A stretch of DNA of 64,000 nucleotides from assembly GCA_002435905.1 (NCBI GenBank), contig DIWW01000016.1, positions 8,389-72,388 of the forward strand, in the 5' to 3' direction. Below, piece by piece: positions 1 through 7,145 of this stretch. How positions within the stretch are numbered: the first letter of the stretch is position 1; each line of letters opens with the position of its first letter. This DNA is from Peptococcaceae bacterium UBA6096. GTDB taxonomy: Bacteria; Bacillota; Peptococcia; DRI-13; UBA5745. A program made the translations under genes and the position numbers. The notes below the pieces were generated by a model. It worked only from the letters and a program-made list of their open reading frames with translations. It had not been told where the DNA came from and did no database searches.

Positions 1-1138
1 TGCGCGACATTATCATTTTTTCTATTGTTCTTGATCGCAGTTGCTCGGGGGAAATGTATAAAAGTGTGGCTGTACCATTCGCTATGCGTTCAAATGCATC
101 TGAACGTTCAATAGGACTTAGCAACCCATTTACGGTAACTGCATCAATAATGCCGAATTCATTCAGATTGTCTACCTGATCCTTCATCAGAGACTGGAGC
201 GGCGAAATAACAACAGTCAAACCGTGAACGGTCTTGCCCGACATCAACGCCGGCAACTGGAATGTAATTGACTTGCCCCCTCCAGTAGGAAAGACCGCAA
301 GTAGTGATTTACCATCGACAGCTGCTTGGGCTGCTTTTTCTTGAAGAGGCTCGCCGTTATATGTACGAAAACTATCATATCCGAATATTTTTTTCAGCTC
401 CTTGTGGATATTCAGCACTTCTGAACAGTAACTGCACCCGGCATCACAAGGAGTGTTTCGCAGAAATTTTATTACATTTTCAATCTTCGGATAATTTTTA
501 AGAAGCCACAGAGGTGTAATTGAATGATAATCATCGCTTCCGATCAGAGCAAGTGCATAGGCTAACTCCACAGGATAATGCTTAATCAATAGCGAGATAT
601 CAGCATTTGAGCATATTTTGCCTTTAAATTCGATCGCAATGAGTTTTTCTACATTGGATCCATATGGTACAAAATTTATATAATCAAAAAAGCTTTTGAA
701 TTCCTCAAATTGATATAATAGACAGCAGTATATTTGCTTCATTTGTGATGATAGCGTGTTGAAAGCATTGACTTCATCATAAAAGAGCTTTTCTGCTTTT
801 TGAGCGTCATTAAGCGGATTATTAAGTTCATCTGATTGGAGCTTATCATCCTTCAATAAAGCGTGGTAAGGCCTCTTTGGGAAGAGCAGTGGAGAAAGAT
901 ATAAAGTATCAATATATTTATCAGTAATGCCTCCACTTATGTGAGGCTTGATGAACACCATATCATGGTGAAAAATATTGTGCCCACAGAGGAATTCTGT
1001 TCCGGAGATAAAGGCACAAAAATCTCGCACAGATGCGCTGTGAAACGTGGATCGATCACTGCGCACTGCACCTAAATCATGTATTTTTTTATCATCGACT
1101 CCTACTTCGCTATCGATAAATACAATCGATTTTGCCAT
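1..1138 (-). CDS. RecQ-family SF2 DNA helicase with N-terminal DnaQ-like (DEDD) exonuclease domain; N-terminal part only, the rest lies beyond the left window edge
   Basis: Absent from the ORF track because it runs off the window. My translation from ATG 1138-1136 (GGAG RBS at 1145-1148) reads MAKSIVFIDSEVGVDD...GHNIFHHDM (Exo I/II-like motifs). It continues ...LLAVFPTGGGKSITFQLPAL...VVISPLQSLMKDQV (RecQ motifs I and Ia) and stays open to position 1. Confidence 0.75.
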   Translation of the reverse strand, partial: MAKSIVFIDSEVGVDDKKIHDLGAVRSDRSTFHSASVRDFCAFISGTEFLCGHNIFHHDMVFIKPHISGGITDKYIDTLYLSPLLFPKRPYHALLKDDKLQSDELNNPLNDAQKAEKLFYDEVNAFNTLSSQMKQIYCCLLYQFEEFKSFFDYINFVPYGSNVEKLIAIEFKGKICSNADISLLIKHYPVELAYALALIGSDDYHSITPLWLLKNYPKIENVIKFLRNTPCDAGCSYCSEVLNIHKELKKIFGYDSFRTYNGEPLQEKAAQAAVDGKSLLAVFPTGGGKSITFQLPALMSGKTVHGLTVVISPLQSLMKDQVDNLNEFGIIDAVTVNGLLSPIERSDAFERIANGTATLLYISPEQLRSRTIEKMIMSR

Positions 1139-1420
1139 TTTACTCTCCTTCGAAAATGCTTCTTGCCTCATATTTCAACAATATCTACCGATTTTGACTA
1201 ATCGCCATCGTTCAATACTCAATAAGTAATATCAACTGGCGTATATCCATTACCAGTAATATCTTGCCAAAGCAAGTTGCTATGTCATAATTATCCATTG
1301 GAGAATATTGCTAGCCAATTGATCGCGGCGACGTAATTTCTAATAACCCCGTCCTTCTGGATCATTTTATTTATGGGGCAGGCATTCCTTGCTCCCCCTG
1401 CAATTTATAAATTCATCAAA

Positions 1421-4327
1421 TCAATTCTCTAAATAATTGAGCATATTGTCATCTACCGGTACCTTGATATAAAATTTAATATTTACAATTGAAAGTTCAG
1501 CACCTTCATTATTCTTAATTTTTTCTTGCTTGAAATCATAGGGTTCCAAATCCCCCATATAATAGAAATCCGCCCCTTCCCCATCGCTCTTTTTGACAAA
1601 CAAAGGAATTCTTAACCCCTCTTTATAATTCTTTATTTGAACAACCTCGGGTGAGGATAATGTCACTCTATTACGAGTCATCCAGTTAAACTGGTATTTA
1701 TTGATAAAGTAATCCTCATATTTTGTGCTTTCGGTAATATCATCTTTCTTTTCATAAGTTACAAAAATCGGACATGTTTTATTTTTTATCCTATATCCAT
1801 ACATGGTTGATGCTTCATCTTTTTCCCAATTTAATATTTTACAAACATCCTTACGAGAATACTTCTGATAAATCAAAAATCCATCATAGTATTTATCTAA
1901 AGAAAATGCAGCATCAAATTTCTGGATGGCATATTTTAGAGTATCCAGAAGAAAAAGTTTGAAATACTCGTTGCTCGTTGCATCATATAGACTTGAAGAA
2001 ATTTCAAACAATTTTTCCTGAAACGATACACTACCTTTTACCTTGTATTTTTCTTGATCCTGCGCCTTGAGGAATTCTGCATTTAGGCATGCCACTGAAG
2101 ATGTTATTGTCTTATCACTCGGAAAATAACCAAATTGTTCGTTGATGGTTTGCATAAAAGCATCATACGAAACCTTGCCCTTATCAATGAGCATTTTCAG
2201 AAGCAAGATATCCTCGATTCTTTTGGCATTACAAATTTCTTTAGAATAAAATTCTAATAACTTCATTTCATTCTGGGATAGTCTTCCCATAATGGACGTT
2301 TCAATTTTAGATATAAAAGAATAATATGACCCCGCATATTCTACATAAGCGTATGGATCTCGACTACCGTGCTCAGTAAAATCACACATATCAGGAATTT
2401 TTCCAAGTTTAAACTTTAATAGTCGATAGTCTTCAACCATGTCTTTTTTATTTGAAAGATTGGTCGAATTGATTGCATCAAATATTCTCTGTTTTGTTAT
2501 GAAATCAAAATTGATTGTTGAAGAACCCGGAATAAAGCTGCTTCCACTATTAATGAGCTTTCTAATATTATCTTTATTATATGAACTATCTCCATAAAGC
2601 GCTATAGGCACTAAATAATTATTTGCGTAGTTGCCGATAAAATCAACGACTGTGAGATATTCTTTCTCTGAATTTTTTCTCAAACCTCTTCCTAGTTGCT
2701 GTACAAAAACGATTGCTGATTGAGTTGGTCGAAGCATAATTATCTGATTTACGGATGGTATATCGACGCCTTCATTAAAAATATCAACTGTAAATATATA
2801 GTCTAATGCATTTTTACCCTCATCTTGCTCAAGACGTTTAATACTATCTTCTCTTAGTGATTCGCTACTACTCCCATTCAGAGCTATGGTCCTGTACCCA
2901 TGTTTTAGAAACTCGTTTGCTAGATATTTTGCTTCTTCATTTCGACTACAAAAGACCAGTCCTTTTATTCTACCTTTGTCACAACCATAAAACTCCGCAA
3001 AATTCTTAATTTTGTCAATGCGCTCATTACTCGTCAAAATATTGAAATCCGCCTTATCATCGAGAAGAACCCCATCAACCTCTATGTCGCTAACCCCGTA
3101 ATAATGAAACGGCACTAACATGTTTTCTTCTAGTGCTTGGTTAAGCCTTATTTCATAAGCAATATTATAGTCAAATGTTTTATATATATCATATCCATCT
3201 GTGCGTTCTGGTGTAGCAGACATCCCAAGAAGAAACTTAGGTGTAAAATACTCGATTATCTTTTGATAGGTGTTGGCACCCGAACGATGTACTTCATCAA
3301 TTACGATGTAATCGAAATAATCCTTAGGAAAACTACTGAGTGTATCATCCTTTGACAGGGTTTGGATTGTTGAAAAAATGAAATCAGCATTTATTGATCT
3401 TTCATGACCGCTTAAAATACCCATTGTTTTTTTATATCCAAATATTGTCTTATAACTTGTCATTGCCGCTTTTGCAATATTCTCTCTGTGAATAATAAAC
3501 AATAGGCGCCTTGGATCAAATTTTAAAGCATCAAACGCCGATAAATATGTCTTGCCGGTTCCTGTAGCAGAAATAAGCAACGCTTTATTTTTACCTTCCA
3601 AACGTAATTTATCCAACGAGGCTAAGGCATTGATTTGCATTTTATTTGGACTAATTCGTTTAATATTTAAAATATTTGATTCAATCTCACCATTATATAA
3701 ACTGTTGGTTTTTGAATTACTATTTCGTATAAGCTTTTGATCATTATATATTTTTGCATATTCATCGATCCATGCTTCATCTACCATTGTAGCGTTTTCA
3801 TAGGTTTGATCAAATTCCTGTAGCGTATTGATAATTAAAGCACCTGCTTCTGATGTAGATACTTTAATGTTCCATTCCTTATTCATAGATAAAGCATTCT
3901 GTGTTAAATTACTGCTACCAACGATTAAAGAATAAATTTCGCCTTTTTTAAAAATATATCCCTTGGCATGAAAGTTACCCTCCGTAACAATCTTAAGCTT
4001 GATATTTTTTAATGATAACAATCGTTTCAAAGCTGCAGGCTCTGTAAAATTTTGGTACTGTGATGCAACAATTTTCCCCTTAATGCCTTTCCCCTCAAGC
4101 TCTTTTAATGTATTTATCAATACTGCAACACCGCTATTGGTCACAAATGCAACTGAAAAAAAGAACTCCTCACAATTCCGAAGTTCTTTGATCAAGTTGG
4201 TTAAGATTTTTAGGCCGCGCTTGCTGTCATTTATTAACAAACATGGTTGATACTCTTCCAAAGAAGCTGTCGTACTATTAATAAATCCAGTATATAAGCT
4301 ATCTGATAAATTCTTTTCAGTATTCAT
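1421..4327 (-). CDS. PLD-family (single HKD) nuclease domain + SF2 (ResIII/DEAH) helicase + C-terminal DUF3427-like region, 968 aa
   Basis: N-terminus has NFHAKGYIF...VGSSNLTQNAL (HxK...GSxN PLD motif). Helicase motifs: ISATGTGKTYLSA (Walker A), VIDEVHRSG (DEVH), LLGMSATPER (SAT), VQQLGRGLR (motif VI). The ~350-aa C-terminal region resembles the DUF3427 architecture. Very AT-rich. Confidence 0.85.
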   Translation of the reverse strand: MNTEKNLSDSLYTGFINSTTASLEEYQPCLLINDSKRGLKILTNLIKELRNCEEFFFSVAFVTNSGVAVLINTLKELEGKGIKGKIVASQYQNFTEPAALKRLLSLKNIKLKIVTEGNFHAKGYIFKKGEIYSLIVGSSNLTQNALSMNKEWNIKVSTSEAGALIINTLQEFDQTYENATMVDEAWIDEYAKIYNDQKLIRNSNSKTNSLYNGEIESNILNIKRISPNKMQINALASLDKLRLEGKNKALLISATGTGKTYLSAFDALKFDPRRLLFIIHRENIAKAAMTSYKTIFGYKKTMGILSGHERSINADFIFSTIQTLSKDDTLSSFPKDYFDYIVIDEVHRSGANTYQKIIEYFTPKFLLGMSATPERTDGYDIYKTFDYNIAYEIRLNQALEENMLVPFHYYGVSDIEVDGVLLDDKADFNILTSNERIDKIKNFAEFYGCDKGRIKGLVFCSRNEEAKYLANEFLKHGYRTIALNGSSSESLREDSIKRLEQDEGKNALDYIFTVDIFNEGVDIPSVNQIIMLRPTQSAIVFVQQLGRGLRKNSEKEYLTVVDFIGNYANNYLVPIALYGDSSYNKDNIRKLINSGSSFIPGSSTINFDFITKQRIFDAINSTNLSNKKDMVEDYRLLKFKLGKIPDMCDFTEHGSRDPYAYVEYAGSYYSFISKIETSIMGRLSQNEMKLLEFYSKEICNAKRIEDILLLKMLIDKGKVSYDAFMQTINEQFGYFPSDKTITSSVACLNAEFLKAQDQEKYKVKGSVSFQEKLFEISSSLYDATSNEYFKLFLLDTLKYAIQKFDAAFSLDKYYDGFLIYQKYSRKDVCKILNWEKDEASTMYGYRIKNKTCPIFVTYEKKDDITESTKYEDYFINKYQFNWMTRNRVTLSSPEVVQIKNYKEGLRIPLFVKKSDGEGADFYYMGDLEPYDFKQEKIKNNEGAELSIVNIKFYIKVPVDDNMLNYLEN

Positions 4328-4733
4328 TATTTATTTCACCATTTACTATTTGTTTAACAATCGGAATATCGGCCGCTGCCCAATCGAGTGTCAGCAGTTT
4401 ATCTTTTGTTAACCACACATGATCCGCATGTTCTTTTCTAACAAATTCTTTTTTATTGACGTTGCAAATATAGCTATGCATGATAATCCCAAAATCAGGA
4501 TACTGGTGTTGTACAGTCAAAAAGAAGTTTTTCTCTTCTATATTTACCTCGATATCCATTTCTTCTTTCAGTTCTCTTTTAAGTGCATCAACACAACTTT
4601 CCCCAGGTTCGACCTTTCCCCCTGGGAATTCATATTTATGGGATAAATATTCATGCTGATTCTCGCCTCTTTGCATACATAGGATTTCTTTGTCATAAAT
4701 TATTACTGCGGCAACAACCTCTATTGTTTTCAT
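4317..4733 (-). CDS. NUDIX hydrolase (MutT-like nucleoside triphosphate pyrophosphohydrolase)
   Basis: Nudix box GGKVEPGESCVDALKRELKEEMDI fits GX5EX7REUXEEXGU. The stop overlaps the downstream helicase start by 11 nt (4317-4327). Confidence 0.9.
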   Translation of the reverse strand: MKTIEVVAAVIIYDKEILCMQRGENQHEYLSHKYEFPGGKVEPGESCVDALKRELKEEMDIEVNIEEKNFFLTVQHQYPDFGIIMHSYICNVNKKEFVRKEHADHVWLTKDKLLTLDWAAADIPIVKQIVNGEINNEY

Positions 4734-5008
4734 AATCGGCCTCGCTTAATAAAATTTAATAAATATCACTATCCAGTCCTAACAAGTTAAGTATATAGAA
4801 ATTTCCCTATTCAATAACCTGCCCTGCATACTCGATTCATTCTCAATAAATATTTTTATATATTCCACGAAAATTATAATAACCCTTTAATTATCATTTA
4901 GACGTCATATAAAATATTAAAGCAATATTTAAGGATTGTATAATCACTCCCAGCAATCAATGCTATACTTATATTGACATAATTTCAATATAAGCGGGGC
5001 ACGCAGCA

Positions 5009-6043
5009 ATGAACGAGATCTTGATCTTCCAAAACATCTCCCCGTCCCTGGAATCCTATTGGCGTTCCATCATTCTGTTTGGCCGCAACGTGGCCTCCTA
5101 CAAATTCGCTTTGGCAAAATCCTTGCTGGAAATCCTCCCATCCGGCCAATCGGAAATAACCCTGGAGGCTTTGGCGGAGCCCTTTTCCCGCAACCTTTGC
5201 GAACATTTGAAGACTGCTCCCAAACAAGCCACCAGCAGCAGCAGCCAATTCCTGGATTCTTGCAGAGCCTTCAACGACGGTGGGATTTCACAAGAAGAAT
5301 TACTTGATGTCACGCGTAAAAAAGGGTTTAATAATGTCATTGATGCTTTTCATGTGGTCAACGACGATCCCATCCCGCTTCAGTTCTATACCAAGGACTA
5401 CTCAGGCCGCAGCAAAAAAATCATCCTCACCGATGATCTATTCAGACTTAGTGAATCACTGGCCTTTGATGATTTTTCCTCCGAAGCCGAATCCCGCTGG
5501 AATCTGGTGGAAACCGCATGGGAGCTTGGTGTATCAAGAAATCTGCTGAATGTCCAATACGACGGCCAAAACAAACTGCTGTTCATTTATGGTAAACTTC
5601 GCCGAAAGCAGGTCACCTCGGCCATCAGCGCTTTGAACGGCTACCAAAAGGGCAAATGCTTCTACTGCTTTGGCGACATCGCCATCCACGGCTCCCTCCA
5701 TCTCGCCTGTGACGTGGATCATTTTTATCCCTATACCCTGCAGCCCTTTCATCCTCAAATCAATTTCAATGGCGTCTGGAATCTGGTGCTCAGCTGTCCC
5801 AACTGCAACCGCGGCCCCAAGGGAAAATTCGCGCGAATCCCAGCCCTCAAATACCTGGAACGGCTCCATCGCCGTAATGAATTCCTGATCAGCAGCCACC
5901 ATCCCCTCCGGGAAACCATCATGAACCAAACCGGCCAAACCCCGCCAGACAGAATAAAATTCCTCAAAGATATGGACAGAATATCCATCGATCTCTTGAT
6001 CCACCGCTGGGAAACACCCCAGACTGGCCCAACCACATTCTAA
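5009..6043 (+). CDS. HNH endonuclease domain protein with ~210-aa uncharacterised N-terminal domain
   Basis: C-terminal KGKCFYCFGD...CDVDHFYPY...WNLVLSCPNCNRGPKGKF shows CxxC...DH...N...CxxCN, a beta-beta-alpha-Me HNH signature. No clear SD sequence upstream. Confidence 0.8.
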   Translation: MNEILIFQNISPSLESYWRSIILFGRNVASYKFALAKSLLEILPSGQSEITLEALAEPFSRNLCEHLKTAPKQATSSSSQFLDSCRAFNDGGISQEELLDVTRKKGFNNVIDAFHVVNDDPIPLQFYTKDYSGRSKKIILTDDLFRLSESLAFDDFSSEAESRWNLVETAWELGVSRNLLNVQYDGQNKLLFIYGKLRRKQVTSAISALNGYQKGKCFYCFGDIAIHGSLHLACDVDHFYPYTLQPFHPQINFNGVWNLVLSCPNCNRGPKGKFARIPALKYLERLHRRNEFLISSHHPLRETIMNQTGQTPPDRIKFLKDMDRISIDLLIHRWETPQTGPTTF

Positions 6044-6062
6044 GAACACCAAGGAGCATCAT

Positions 6063-6650
6063 ATGGACAAAACCCTCCAATACTACAACGAAAACGCCAA
6101 AGCCTTTGTGGAAGGCACCTGGGGCGCCGATGTTTCCGGTCTCTACGCCTTCTTGCAGAAATACGTCAAACCCGGCGCCGCCATCCTGGACCTGGGCTGC
6201 GGCTCCGGCCGGGACAGCCTTTATTTCCTTTCCAAGGGCTATCAAGTATGCGCCGTGGACGGTTCAGAGGAACTATGCAAAATGGCGGCGGAGCGGATTG
6301 GCCGGCCGGTAGAATGCAAGCTGTTCCAGGACATCGACGACGTAGACCAGTTTGACGGCATTTGGGCCTGTTCCTCCCTGCTTCACGTCCCATATGACCA
6401 GCTGCCGTCTATCCTGGACAAACTGCACACCGCCCTCAAGGCCAAGGGCTATCTGTACCTATCTGCCAAGTACGGCACCTTCTCCGGCGAACGGAACGGA
6501 CGCTACTTTACGGATCTGGACGAGGCCCGGCTTGAGGATCTCCTCAAAAAAGCTAAGGGCTTCAGCATCGTCGAAACCCGCATCACCACCGATGTCCGGC
6601 CCGGACGCGAAGACGAAAAGTGGCTCAACGCCATCCTTCAAAAGCTATAG
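6063..6650 (+). CDS. Class I SAM-dependent methyltransferase (small-molecule/protein type)
   Basis: Motif I ILDLGCGSGRDS, post-I AVDGSEEL, motif II-like FDGIWACSSLLHVP. RBS AAGGAG lies 6 nt upstream. Starts 19 nt after the HNH gene. No DPPY/NPPY or C5-MTase motifs. Confidence 0.85.
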   Translation: MDKTLQYYNENAKAFVEGTWGADVSGLYAFLQKYVKPGAAILDLGCGSGRDSLYFLSKGYQVCAVDGSEELCKMAAERIGRPVECKLFQDIDDVDQFDGIWACSSLLHVPYDQLPSILDKLHTALKAKGYLYLSAKYGTFSGERNGRYFTDLDEARLEDLLKKAKGFSIVETRITTDVRPGREDEKWLNAILQKL

Positions 6651-6686
6651 CGCAAAAATCATCGAACCGTAAGGAGGCCGCCCATC

Positions 6687-6941
6687 ATGATCGCATGGAA
6701 AACCGAGTACAAAGGCACCAAAATCGAGGTTCGCAACAGCCACCAAAAAATCGAGCTGGTCGTAGATGACAATATCGTAGATGCCTGCCAGGACTTGAAA
6801 TTCAAAGGCAAATCCATGGAGCTAAAGGCTGATCACGATGGTCACCTGATCCGCTGCGTCTTTGAAAAAAAGGTTCTGTGCATGATGGCCAAAATCTATT
6901 ACGACGACCGGATGCTGGAGGGCAAAGAAATCGTCATCTGA
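6687..6941 (+). CDS. Hypothetical 84-aa protein
   Basis: Strong RBS AAGGAGG 9 nt upstream. Starts 36 nt after the methyltransferase gene and is followed by a terminator hairpin. No recognisable motif. Confidence 0.55.
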   Translation: MIAWKTEYKGTKIEVRNSHQKIELVVDDNIVDACQDLKFKGKSMELKADHDGHLIRCVFEKKVLCMMAKIYYDDRMLEGKEIVI

Positions 6942-6942
6942 A

Positions 6943-6985
6943 AACAACGCAAGCCATGATCTATGTGGCTTGCGTTGTTAATTTA
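6943..6985. terminator. Hairpin terminator between the convergent 6687-6941 (+) gene and the DUF2779/micro-ORF (-) unit
   Basis: AACAACGCAAGCCA-loop-TGGCTTGCGTTGTT, a perfect 14-bp stem, followed by AATTT. Confidence 0.6.
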
Positions 6986-7026
6986 TATGCTGTTGATGCG
7001 ACAGCCCCGCTCATAATTCATCCATG

Positions 7027-7107
7027 TTATTTCCAGCTGAAAGACTTGATCAGCTTATACAGCACAATGATCGGCAGCAACAGAATATAGAATATGACTC
7101 TGATCAT
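7027..7107 (-). CDS. Possible 26-aa hydrophobic micro-protein (MIRVIFYILLLPIIVLYKLIKSFSWK)
   Basis: My own translation; too short for the ORF track. RBS GGGAGG lies 6 nt upstream of the ATG. Starts 38 nt downstream of the DUF2779 stop on the same strand. Predicted single TM helix. Confidence 0.3.
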   Translation of the reverse strand: MIRVIFYILLLPIIVLYKLIKSFSWK

Positions 7108-7145
7108 CCACCGCCTCCCTGCCTTCATCTAGTCAGTACTCTGCC

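Noticed and set aside
6063-6650. Methyltransferase as the modification half of an R-M pair with the HNH nuclease
   Set aside because: It has only generic class I SAM-binding motifs. It lacks (D/N/S)PP(Y/F/W), C5-MTase PC/ENV motifs and any target-recognition domain, so a canonical DNA MTase call is not supported. The adjacency is still reported as a finding.
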